Shown piece after piece: positions 46,673 through 55,190 of a stretch of DNA of 64,000 bases. The notes beneath the pieces were generated by a model. It was not told where the DNA came from, did not search any database, and saw only the letters and a list, made by a program, of their open reading frames with translations. Position numbers and translations under genes: made by a program. Numbering within the stretch: position 1 is the stretch's first letter; the number at the start of each line of letters is the position of its first letter. The stretch is from Patescibacteria group bacterium (GTDB lineage: Bacteria > Patescibacteriota > Minisyncoccia > UBA6257 > GWB1-50-10): positions 65,452 through 129,451 of the forward strand of contig JAMCYI010000006.1 of the NCBI GenBank assembly GCA_023474215.1, read 5' to 3'.

Positions 46673-47392
46673 TTAGTATTCATTTACGGTATACGACCTT
46701 TCCGAAAACGTGTAGCGGCTTGCCGCAACAAGATCCAAAAGATCCGCAATATCGTAAAAGATATTCCCCTTCAGAACATCGCGCTCGCCGACCCATGCGT
46801 TCTTTCCCCCGGAAAATTCGGTCACGAGATCGCCCGCAGGATTCAAAGCCGCAAAGATAAAGAAGTTCTTGTCTTCTAAAAGACCGCCGTCTTTCGAAAA
46901 AATGCGTTCGTGATAAACCGCTTTTGGCTCGCATTCGGCCGAGAGACCCGTTTCCTCCTCGAGCTCCCGCCTTGCTGTTTCAGCAATCGATTCGCCGATC
47001 TTCACTTTGCCGGTAATAAAACCGCGGAAACCGAAGAACGGCTCTTTTCTCCGTTCTTGCATAAGATATTCTTTTTTACCGCCGTTTTCCCTCGTTGCAA
47101 TGACAAGAACGCCGATCTTTGCCTGGTGTTCGAACTTGACCACCGGCCCGGAATCGATATCGAAGCGATTTGCGTATTCCTTCCCTCTTACCGTCAATTG
47201 GTAAAGCCCTTCGCCGGTCTTTTCCGCGATTCCTTGTTCCATAAGCTGCCGCAAGTGGAAAGTAAATTGGTCCGTCGATATGTTGGCGGTATTGAGCTCG
47301 GAAAAACGGGCTTTTTTCTTCAAAAGCAGTTCTTTGAGGATGGAAGCTTGAATTTCGTGGATGTCTTTCGTCATAGGATGAATTGTATGCAT
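46673..47392 (-). CDS. NUDIX hydrolase with an N-terminal winged-helix domain
   Basis: Nudix box GKVKIGESIAETARRELEEETGL. The N-terminal ~90 aa are wHTH-like (ILKELLLKKKARFSELN...). Confidence 0.75.
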   Translation of the reverse strand: MHTIHPMTKDIHEIQASILKELLLKKKARFSELNTANISTDQFTFHLRQLMEQGIAEKTGEGLYQLTVRGKEYANRFDIDSGPVVKFEHQAKIGVLVIATRENGGKKEYLMQERRKEPFFGFRGFITGKVKIGESIAETARRELEEETGLSAECEPKAVYHERIFSKDGGLLEDKNFFIFAALNPAGDLVTEFSGGKNAWVGERDVLKGNIFYDIADLLDLVAASRYTFSERSYTVNEY

Positions 47393-47416
47393 CGGAAATC
47401 CTTTGTCCAGTGAAGT

Positions 47417-47547
47417 CCCCTACACCTATCGGAGAGTGCAACGAAATACCCCCTTCAAACAATAGGGGAAATAGGGAGGGGGGGACAAACGACAATGGGA
47501 AATCAAAAGCATTGGGTAATGGGAATGCTCTCCGATAGGTGTGGGGA
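47417..47547. repeat. long inverted repeat (about 19-bp arms) around a ~90-nt G-rich loop, in an intergenic region
   Basis: CCCCTACACCTATCGGAGAG ... CTCTCCGATAGGTGTGGGG were read from the sequence. The stem extends through gagtgca/tgctc. The loop contains ggggaaatagggaggggggga. Confidence 0.4.
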
Positions 47548-47730
47548 TGAAGCCGGCTTCAGGAATGGTATAGTGAAAGTATAAGAAAAACACCGTCGTT
47601 CCGCGAAAAAGGGTGTGCGATTCCGCGGCAACCGCGTCGATTGTACTCGTCATGATTTGATTTGTTTCCCCAGAAATCCGACTGCATCTCCTAGTTCGTT
47701 CAGTATGCCACTTGAAAAAAACGATGTTAA

Positions 47731-49017
47731 TTACACGCTTTGCTCCAACAATCGGTCGGCGGTTTTCTTCCACCTCGACAGCGGTTCGTGAGTAAAAACC
47801 GCGATTGCTTTCTGAGTGGAATATCCGGCTTTCTTTAATTTCCCGAAACTTTCGATCCCTTCCTTGAGAAGCTTATGATATTCGGTAACATACACCTCCC
47901 CTATATCCTTATCGAGCAGTTTTTTAAAATCCTCCGAGCTCTTTCCTAATTTACCCGGCAATTCATCGTACACCCATCGTTCCGTCGCAAGACGTACCTG
48001 GTCGTTAAAATATTCGTAAAGCCCTCCCATTGCTTCCGACTTCGTCAGCGACGAGTAAATCTTTTGAGGATCTACTCCCTCAGCGCAATAAGCTAAGATT
48101 TCATTCGACGCTTGATAATCAATATCCTGTCGACTGAATCTGAGAAAGTGCTTCAGGGCAAGTTCTTTCTCCTCGTCGGTTCTCGCATGCTCAAGCCTTC
48201 CATCAATCAGAACTCTTTCGATTTTTTTACTAAAGAATGCCCACAAAGCATGTTGTTCTTCATGTTTTTGAGTACCCTTTGAATTGATGTATTCCTTTAC
48301 CGCAAATCCCCGCCAGCCTGATTTTTCGGCGATGATCGCCCCCTCTAAGTCGGGAATAAGTGAAGTGCTCACATGTGCGCCTCCGCTCCTGTCCGCGTTT
48401 TCCCGATCCGATGGTTGAATGTCTTCTTTCCCTTTCTTCAAAAATTTCTGGCTGCAAATGCGGGTGTAATCGTCCAGATTCTCGCACCGTACATAGAGTG
48501 TCACCGGCCCCTCGATAATTTCAACCTTCCCTTCGGGATCCCCGCCGAACAAGACCTTGAACAGCTCGCGGTCTTTGGGATATCGCTGCCGGATTTCCCT
48601 GACCTTTGCGTGCCTGAATTCGTAGAGATCCATAAGCAACTCCGACATTTCTTCCTGGTCTTGAGTCATGCCGTATCGCGATCCGAATTCCTTGATCGAC
48701 CGCAGGAGATCGTCCTTCGGTATATCGGGGTTTTTCTCGATTACGGCGATGGCGGCGGCCTGAACCGCCGCAAGGCCCTCAATGCGCCTCTTCAGTTTTT
48801 CCTTGAATCTACCGACCAATAACTCCCGGTATTCCTTGGGAGCATCTTTGATGTTCTGCAGCTCGGCGGTTATCTTGACCGCTTCCTCGTCATACATCGG
48901 AAAGATTTCCTCAGTACTTTTTTCCCACGCGATCTCGCCCCGCATGGCCTTTTCAACCGCAGTCTCGAGCGGACCTTCAATTTTTGGTTGTTGAAAAGAT
49001 ATTTTCTCCGGATTCAT
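47731..49017 (-). CDS. hypothetical protein (AT-richer islet), HExxH motif
   Basis: 428 aa and acidic. It starts MNPEKIS... and contains KHEEQHALWAFF. No family recognised. Confidence 0.5.
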   Translation of the reverse strand: MNPEKISFQQPKIEGPLETAVEKAMRGEIAWEKSTEEIFPMYDEEAVKITAELQNIKDAPKEYRELLVGRFKEKLKRRIEGLAAVQAAAIAVIEKNPDIPKDDLLRSIKEFGSRYGMTQDQEEMSELLMDLYEFRHAKVREIRQRYPKDRELFKVLFGGDPEGKVEIIEGPVTLYVRCENLDDYTRICSQKFLKKGKEDIQPSDRENADRSGGAHVSTSLIPDLEGAIIAEKSGWRGFAVKEYINSKGTQKHEEQHALWAFFSKKIERVLIDGRLEHARTDEEKELALKHFLRFSRQDIDYQASNEILAYCAEGVDPQKIYSSLTKSEAMGGLYEYFNDQVRLATERWVYDELPGKLGKSSEDFKKLLDKDIGEVYVTEYHKLLKEGIESFGKLKKAGYSTQKAIAVFTHEPLSRWKKTADRLLEQSV

Positions 49018-49047
49018 GGGGATATTCTAACACCGAGGCAAAGTGGG

Positions 49048-50829
49048 TCAATCCGCATCGCGGAATCCACCCGCCTGGATGTTCCAAAGTTTCCGATAAA
49101 GACCTCCCCGCTTCAAGAGATCCTGGTGCGTTCCCTCGGCCGCCATTTTGCCGTTCTCAATGACGACGATCCGGTCCATTTTCATAATAGTCGAAAGGCG
49201 GTGCGCGATAACGATGACGGTCTTTCCTTCCATGAGCGTTCGGAGCGCGTCCTGAATGAGAGCTTCCGATTCGGAATCCAGGCTCGATGTCGCTTCGTCG
49301 AGCACGAGAATGGGCGCATCCTTCAAGATCGCGCGCGCGATTGCGACACGCTGGCGCTCTCCTCCCGAGAGTTTCACGCCCCGCTCGCCGACAAAGGTTT
49401 GATATCCTTCCGTGAGCGTTCCGATAAACTCGTCGCAGTGAGCTTTTCTCGATGCTTCAATGACTTCCTCATCGGTCGCCCCGCGCCTCCCGTAGCGGAT
49501 ATTCTCCATGAGCGTCCGGTGGAAGAGGATCGGTTCCTGCGGCACGAATGCGATCGCATTCCTTAAACTTTCCTGGCTAACCTCCGCGATGTTTTGGCCG
49601 TCTATCTCAATTGCCCCTTTCGAAACGTCATAGAGACGGAGGAGAATCTTCGTGATGGTGGTCTTCCCCGCGCCCGATGGCCCCACGAGCGCGAGCTTTT
49701 CACCACCCCTGACCGTGAGATTGAAGCGCCGGAGGATCGGCCGGTCTTCGGAGAAGTAGAAATCGACATCTTTGAACTGAATTTTACAATCCGCCGTCGC
49801 GAGCGGACGGGCGCCGGGACGATCCTGGATGTCATGCGGGGTCTTCAAAATTTCAACCATCTCCACAGCGTCCGCGAACGCGTCGTAGAACCTCCGAAGC
49901 TCCCGGTTCAAACCGTTCAACTGGCCGAAGAGACCGAGGAGATAGCTTTGGATGAGCACGAAGTCACCGATCGTGATGAGCCCCCGCTCCCAGAACATCA
50001 CCGCGCCGTAGATGAGGCCGATGTTGATGCCTACCATGAGAATCCCCTGGATAGACCAGATGAGTTCATCGGCGCCCCACGAGCGCATGGTCGCCTTGCG
50101 CCAGAGATCGACGACGCCGTGGAAAAGCCCCCGTTCGTGGTCGTACCCCGAAAAGAGCGTGACGGTGTTTTGGTTCGATACGGCATCAGAAAGCGCCCCG
50201 ACCATCTTGCTGTCCGCCTCCGCCCGCGATACGCGGAGCGGCTGCCTCAAACGCGCGACGAAGATCTGAAACGCGATGAAGCAGACGACCCAGATGCCGA
50301 GTGCAATCCCGAGGACATGGTTTCTGAGAAAGAGGATGCCGACCGCCCCGACCGTGAAGAACGTCGTCGGGAAAAACTGGCCCATGATGCTATCCATCAT
50401 CGACTCGAAGGCGGCCGCGAACTTGCTCACGCGGCGCGTCAAAGTGCCGCTGAAGCGCGAAATGAAAAAATGATATGAGTGCCTGATGAGGTAATCGAAT
50501 GCCGACACGTAGAGGTCGGCCATGACCCGCGATTCAAGATGGATAATGGCGTAGGTTTGCGTCCGGCGGAACGCCCAGCTCACAACGGAAATGACTGCGA
50601 TCACAACGACCAACATCAAGAGCTGGTCGATCACCGCCGACGTTCTGACACCCGCGGCGAGAATATTGAAAAGCTGCCGCATGTAGAGCGGCGAAGTCAG
50701 ATCGGCAACCTGAACGCCGATAGCGCCGAAAAATACGAGCGCAAAGAGCCAGAGATGGCGCCGCACGCCATCCTGATACGCCCGAAATATGTCCCCCGCC
50801 TTCACGGGTTTTTGCGCATCGACCCCCAT
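49048..50829 (-). CDS. ABC exporter, fused permease and ATP-binding protein (MsbA-like)
   Basis: 6-TM N-terminal domain followed by an NBD with Walker A GPSGAGKTT, signature [14 protein letters not shown] and Walker B ILVLDEATSSLD. Confidence 0.85.
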   Translation of the reverse strand: MGVDAQKPVKAGDIFRAYQDGVRRHLWLFALVFFGAIGVQVADLTSPLYMRQLFNILAAGVRTSAVIDQLLMLVVVIAVISVVSWAFRRTQTYAIIHLESRVMADLYVSAFDYLIRHSYHFFISRFSGTLTRRVSKFAAAFESMMDSIMGQFFPTTFFTVGAVGILFLRNHVLGIALGIWVVCFIAFQIFVARLRQPLRVSRAEADSKMVGALSDAVSNQNTVTLFSGYDHERGLFHGVVDLWRKATMRSWGADELIWSIQGILMVGINIGLIYGAVMFWERGLITIGDFVLIQSYLLGLFGQLNGLNRELRRFYDAFADAVEMVEILKTPHDIQDRPGARPLATADCKIQFKDVDFYFSEDRPILRRFNLTVRGGEKLALVGPSGAGKTTITKILLRLYDVSKGAIEIDGQNIAEVSQESLRNAIAFVPQEPILFHRTLMENIRYGRRGATDEEVIEASRKAHCDEFIGTLTEGYQTFVGERGVKLSGGERQRVAIARAILKDAPILVLDEATSSLDSESEALIQDALRTLMEGKTVIVIAHRLSTIMKMDRIVVIENGKMAAEGTHQDLLKRGGLYRKLWNIQAGGFRDAD

Positions 50830-50869
50830 GAGAATAAGAAGATAATATCAGATTTGTTAGAATTACTCC

Positions 50870-51217
50870 ATGGACTCTATCCACATAACCGACCTGCTGT
50901 TCCATGGCAAGCACGGCGTCGGGGGCGACGAACGCAACGTCGAGCAGGAATTCTCGATCGAGGTGAGTCTGGGATTCGAAACCTCCCGAGCCGGCGCAAG
51001 CGATCGGCTCGCCGACACCGTTGACTACGGCGCTATCCGCGACACAATCCGCGAAGTGATCGAAGGACCCAGCCGGTATCTCATCGAAGCTCTGGCCGAA
51101 GACATCGCGAAGAGAATCCTCGAAGATAAACGGATACGATCGGCCGAGATCACCATTAAAAAAACCGCCGTTTGGAAGAACGGCGTCCCGAGCGTGACGA
51201 TCACGAGGGGCAATTGA
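50870..51217 (+). CDS. folB: dihydroneopterin aldolase
   Basis: 115 aa. I..L.F.G.HGV..DER..EQEF.I.V.L, with a conserved E/K pattern of FolB. Confidence 0.7.
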   Translation: MDSIHITDLLFHGKHGVGGDERNVEQEFSIEVSLGFETSRAGASDRLADTVDYGAIRDTIREVIEGPSRYLIEALAEDIAKRILEDKRIRSAEITIKKTAVWKNGVPSVTITRGN

Positions 51218-51292
51218 GTCCGACTGGCGGTTGTGGTATGACTAGAGGAGAACTTTTACTGATTTTGCAACGAACTAAAACCGGAGGTGTGT

Positions 51293-51952
51293 ATGGCAAT
51301 GCTTGCGGGACTTCTCTTGCTTTTCATCGTTCCCGGCAATCACGGAGCAACACATAAGTCCGACAGTACGGTCATTGAGGGGGTATATCAAGTCCAAATC
51401 ACCGAACTTCCCGATGTTCCGAAATTCCTCTCGGGATTCTTCGGCAAAGTGGCTCAATTTCTCGATCTTGCCCCCGATAAGTTAGACTACCGCGAAACGG
51501 TGCTTGGCCAACCGGAAACAGATGATTTTCGGATCGAACTCAAAGACCAAACGGGCCGGCAGTGGATCCATTTTTCCTCGGACACTGCGCTGTCATCCTT
51601 CATTGACCCGCCGGAATTCCGTACCGGTACGCTCCCGAAGGCCAAGCTGAAACCCGACGCTATTCGCTTCATTGTTGGCATCCGCGATTTCTTCATACGA
51701 GATCGGGGCTCTTTCTTCCACGGCCGATTCGTGCTGTGGGGTGATACAGTCGATTTCTATTCGACCCGGGATTCGCTTCGGCCGCTCCTCTATCGGTTCT
51801 CAAGTTTCAATCGAAAAGGCAAGCTTGTCATGAAAGGAGTGGTCTTGCGTGGCAGTCGCGATGGATTTGTCATCTATCCCTGGACCAGCCTTTACTTGTA
51901 CAAAGAAGAAACTGGGCTCATCTTGGAATTAAAGAGTCTCGAAATTAAGTAA
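51293..51952 (+). CDS. secreted hypothetical protein
   Basis: GGAGG lies upstream of ATGGCAATG. The signal peptide MAMLAGLLLLFIVPGNHG is followed by a ~200-aa domain of unknown function. A strong terminator follows. Confidence 0.5.
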   Translation: MAMLAGLLLLFIVPGNHGATHKSDSTVIEGVYQVQITELPDVPKFLSGFFGKVAQFLDLAPDKLDYRETVLGQPETDDFRIELKDQTGRQWIHFSSDTALSSFIDPPEFRTGTLPKAKLKPDAIRFIVGIRDFFIRDRGSFFHGRFVLWGDTVDFYSTRDSLRPLLYRFSSFNRKGKLVMKGVVLRGSRDGFVIYPWTSLYLYKEETGLILELKSLEIK

Positions 51953-51956
51953 AGAA

Positions 51957-51991
51957 CGGGAACCTTCCCTCGAAGGTTCCCGCTTTGTTTT
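51957..51991 (+). terminator. rho-independent terminator
   Basis: CGGGAACCTT-ccctcg-AAGGTTCCCG perfect 10-bp stem followed by CTTTGTTTT. Confidence 0.55.
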
Positions 51992-52064
51992 AACTTTGCT
52001 CTCCCACTGCTGCTCCCACGAAGGCTTAAAAGGTGGACGGTAAACAATCTATCAGAGGCGAAAA

Positions 52065-53267
52065 CTATTTTATAAGAACCTTGCGGTCTCGGTACTTTTT
52101 GCTTTCGAGGTCCTTCACATATCGTGTGTATGCCTCCTCGATTCTTTTGGCTTCCACGGGCATTATTTTCGCCATTTCCTGGAGATTATGTCTCCCACTT
52201 TTCGCTTCGGAGAGAACCTTCAGGAGTTCGTTATAACAACCCGCTTTCGTCATGATACTCACGGTGGCTGGATAGGTTTTTATAAATTCTTCCACGGAAA
52301 GATTCTTGTCTTCAACGAAGTTTTTCCAGTCATTTCTTAGTCGATGAGTTTCGTCGGTATACTTTTCCAGCTCCCAGGCATCTTCTTTTTTCCATTCAGG
52401 GTTTATCTCTTTCAGTGTTATTTCTCCTTTCCTATCTGCAGGAAGATACTTACTTAAAAATTCTTCGATGGGTATGTAGCCAACGGCCACTTCATACGGC
52501 GGCTTCCCCGTTTTCATGAACTCGTCGAACCGGCTCTTGCTGATATTCCCATTTTGGTCAATGAATTGCGACCACAGACCGTTGCCGTTGAACTGATTTT
52601 CAAGCGTCTTCACTTTTTTGAACCCGAGCCGTTCCGCGGCGGGAAGGGAAAGAAGCCATGATTCGCCGATGATTCCCCGCGCTTCGGGATATTTTTGGGG
52701 AATCATTTCGGCAAGTTTGGTAAACGATGCACCGATCTCGGTGAGTAGCGATTTTTCCGGACCGCTTTCATAAAAAGCAGGGAAATGAATTGCTAAAAAT
52801 TCCTCTTCTGGACCGAATCCTGCTTCCTCCATACGGCGGTTTTCATGCGTCCCCGACTCCGTTCTAATGACTCCGATCGTCGTATCATTTTCCGTCATCC
52901 TTTCGATTTCGGTTGGTTCCTCCTTTTTAAGATTGGCGTAGACGTCGAAGACATACTGGGTTATCAACTCCTCTCTCTTTTCTCGATCCGGCGTTTCCCG
53001 ATATATCCTATTTATTTCGTTCTCAATGGAAGTGGCAAAAGCTAACTTTTTGTCCGCCTCTTCACCTTCATGAACGTTTCGATATCTGTCCCGGAGACGT
53101 CTCATGATGGGGGTATATTCGTAAAGGACGTGGCTGAAATTCCCCTCACCCCTATAGTACGAATCGGCAAAATGGACTTCGAGAGCGGTTAAACGCTTTG
53201 CAAGTTCTGCTTCGCGATCTGCCTGGTTTTCTGTTTCTATGGATTGGGTTATCCGCTCTGGATTCAT
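52065..53267 (-). CDS. hypothetical protein (AT-richer islet), possible GNAT-like segment
   Basis: About 400 aa. The start was set at MNPERITQ (the track starts 6 codons earlier). Acidic. The segment ARGIIGESWLLSLPAAERLGFKKV weakly resembles the GNAT motif. It lies upstream of the intron-containing tRNA. Confidence 0.45.
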   Translation of the reverse strand: MNPERITQSIETENQADREAELAKRLTALEVHFADSYYRGEGNFSHVLYEYTPIMRRLRDRYRNVHEGEEADKKLAFATSIENEINRIYRETPDREKREELITQYVFDVYANLKKEEPTEIERMTENDTTIGVIRTESGTHENRRMEEAGFGPEEEFLAIHFPAFYESGPEKSLLTEIGASFTKLAEMIPQKYPEARGIIGESWLLSLPAAERLGFKKVKTLENQFNGNGLWSQFIDQNGNISKSRFDEFMKTGKPPYEVAVGYIPIEEFLSKYLPADRKGEITLKEINPEWKKEDAWELEKYTDETHRLRNDWKNFVEDKNLSVEEFIKTYPATVSIMTKAGCYNELLKVLSEAKSGRHNLQEMAKIMPVEAKRIEEAYTRYVKDLESKKYRDRKVLIK

Positions 53268-53427
53268 GCCCTCATTCTCAACCATCCGGGGGCATTTTTC
53301 AACCTCAAGTTATAGAATCGCCAGTTCGATTTCCTAACGGGGCATCCCGCTCCACGTCCTAGCGGGGTGTATGAGCAAGGTAGCAAAAATCAGGCCTTCT
53401 CGGTCCGCACGATAAAAAATACCTCAG

Positions 53428-53691
53428 CTCCGCGGGCAGGACTCGAACCTGCAACCATCTCCTTACAGTTCTCCTTCTGTTACCAAAAGGTCTGGACTAT
53501 CTCATGTCCCCGGGGGGGGACTCGGGTATATAGTCTCTACACATTTATCCCGCCGTTCCCAGCGAAAATTTAGCTCGGGATTGTCCGCCTGCCGGCGGAG
53601 TTCCCCGAATTAGCCCGATTTTCATTCATGCATTGCTGCATGAAGCTGCCTTACTTGACAGGGAGCCGCTCTACCATTGAGCTACCGCGGA
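53428..53691 (-). tRNA. tRNA-Asn(GUU) interrupted by a group I intron in the anticodon loop
   Basis: The 5' exon is UCCGCGGUAGCUCAAUGGUAGAGCGGCUCCCUGU and the 3' exon is UAAGGAGAUGGUUGCAGGUUCGAGUCCUGCCCGCGGAG. The acceptor stem has 7 perfect pairs (U1:A72, G73). The spliced anticodon loop is CUGUUAA, and the T-loop is UUCGAGU. The CCA end is not encoded. Confidence 0.7.
53466..53657 (-). other. group I self-splicing intron (tRNA-type, about 192 nt) inserted between anticodon-loop positions 35 and 36
   Basis: P1 is formed by exon CUGU pairing with the internal guide GCAG 9 nt into the intron, with U.G at the splice site. The intron ends with G. The conserved core elements are present in the correct order: P AAUUCGGGGAA, Q AAUCCCGAGC, R UAGAGACUA, S GAUAGUCC. 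Confidence 0.7.
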
Positions 53692-53785
53692 GCTGAAGTA
53701 TCTTTCACAAAACAACTGAAGTGCATTATAAGTTGCATTTCTCTTCTTTTCAAGTATAAAATAGGATGAGATAAGTTTCCGGAAA

Positions 53786-53858
53786 GCCCCTATAGCTCAG
53801 TTGGTAGAGCACCTGCCTTTTAAGCAGTGGGTCGCAGGTTCGAATCCTGCTGGGGGCA
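53786..53858 (+). tRNA. tRNA-Lys(UUU)
   Basis: GCCCCUA-UA-GCUC-AGUUGGUA-GAGC-A-CCUGC-CUUUUAA-GCAGU-GGGUC-GCAGG-UUCGAAU-CCUGC-UGGGGGC-A. It is near-identical in the D and T arms to canonical bacterial tRNA-Lys, with discriminator A73. Confidence 0.85.
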
Positions 53859-53910
53859 CAAACGAGAATTTTTAATTTCCAATTTTTAATTTTTAAACAT
53901 AGAATGGGGG

Positions 53911-54231
53911 TTGGGAAAAATGGAGAGCAAGAAATTTCAGCGCACCAGAGAAGATTTTACCTGCGAAAAGTGCGGGGTTGCTGTCCGAGGGAACGGATAC
54001 ACCAATCATTGCCCGCAGTGTCTCTGGAGCAAACATGTCGATATATTCCCCGGCGATCGCCGAGAAATGTGCCGGGGCCTTATGGAACCCATCGCCACTG
54101 AGAAAAAAGGTAAGGAATATATTGTTCTCCATCGCTGCATCGAATGCGGATTTGAGAGAAAAAACAAGATCGCGGATGGCGATAATTTCGATACCGCCAA
54201 AGAAATAACGGCAAAGGGTTACAATGTATAA
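53911..54231 (+). CDS. RNHCP domain zinc-ribbon protein
   Basis: CEKCG ... NGYTNHCPQCLWSKHVD ... CIECG. Multiple CxxC pairs and the (R/T)NHCP signature are present. Confidence 0.5.
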   Translation: MGKMESKKFQRTREDFTCEKCGVAVRGNGYTNHCPQCLWSKHVDIFPGDRREMCRGLMEPIATEKKGKEYIVLHRCIECGFERKNKIADGDNFDTAKEITAKGYNV

Positions 54232-55111
54232 CATGCAAAAACAGTACCTCAATCGCGCACGGAATGAACTGACCGAACATTTGGTGTATGGCAAACTCGC
54301 GCTTCGCGAGAAAAAACCGGAAAACCGCGAACTTCTCCGAAAGCTTTCCATACAGGAAAAGGCGCACTATGAATTTTGGCAATCGCTCATCTCCGACATC
54401 GAAGTAAAGCCGTATTTTGCAAGTCTTCACTTGATCCCGCTCTTGCGATCGGTTTTGGGCGTCACGTTCACGACGAAATTCCTGGAAACACACGAGAAGA
54501 ACTCCATTGCGATCTACGAGGGAATGCTCGCCACAATGCCCGCTGAACGCCAGGAACACTTGAAAGCGATCATCGAAGAAGAAAGAACGCACGAACAATC
54601 GCTCATCGGTGAATTGAAAGAGCAGCGGGTTTCGTATATCGGCTTCATTGCACTGGGGCTCGCCGATGCGATCGTCGAGATCACCGGTGTCCACGCCGGT
54701 TTCCTCGGCGTCACCCGCTCGACCTTGATCGCCGGTATTTCGGGGACCATCGTAGGCTTTTCAGCCGCAATATCGATGGGATCGGCGGCATATCTTCAAG
54801 CAAAACAAGATCCGGAGAAATCGGCGATCATTTCCGCCTTCGTCACGGCTTTCTCATATTTCGGGTCTGTCATCCTCCTTGCGCTCCCCTACTTCCTCAT
54901 TCGTGACATGATCTCCGCATTCGCCATCTCAACGTCAGTCGGCATCGTACTCCTCGCAATGTTCACGTTTTACACTTCCGTCGTCTTCGACCGGAAATTC
55001 ATCCGTGAATTCGGCGAAGCGGCAATTCTCATGCTTTCGACGGCAGTCGCTTCGTTCATCTTGGGTGACGTGATCGGCGGCGTCTTCCACATCGGCGCGT
55101 CGAGTTTCTAA
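54224..55111 (+). CDS. VIT1/CCC1-family iron/manganese transporter with an N-terminal ferritin-like domain
   Basis: N-terminal rubrerythrin/ferritin-like helices (EHLVYGKLA..E..HYEFW...EE..HE) followed by a 5-TM VIT1-like C-terminal half. Confidence 0.65.
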   Translation: MYNMQKQYLNRARNELTEHLVYGKLALREKKPENRELLRKLSIQEKAHYEFWQSLISDIEVKPYFASLHLIPLLRSVLGVTFTTKFLETHEKNSIAIYEGMLATMPAERQEHLKAIIEEERTHEQSLIGELKEQRVSYIGFIALGLADAIVEITGVHAGFLGVTRSTLIAGISGTIVGFSAAISMGSAAYLQAKQDPEKSAIISAFVTAFSYFGSVILLALPYFLIRDMISAFAISTSVGIVLLAMFTFYTSVVFDRKFIREFGEAAILMLSTAVASFILGDVIGGVFHIGASSF

Positions 55112-55133
55112 GGAAGTTTTTTGCATATCAAAA

Positions 55134-55160
55134 ACCCGGACAAACACGTCCGGGCTTTTC
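55134..55160 (+). terminator. rho-independent terminator (bidirectional)
   Basis: CCCGGAC-aaacac-GTCCGGG stem with CTTTTCTCTCTCC after it and an A-run before it. Confidence 0.55.
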
Positions 55161-55190
55161 TCTCTCCATTTATCTCTATTCCTATCCGTT

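Noticed and set aside
53367-53573. 68-aa ORF in the ORF track
   Set aside because: It overlaps the tRNA-Asn 3' exon and the group I intron. RNA-gene evidence is much stronger.
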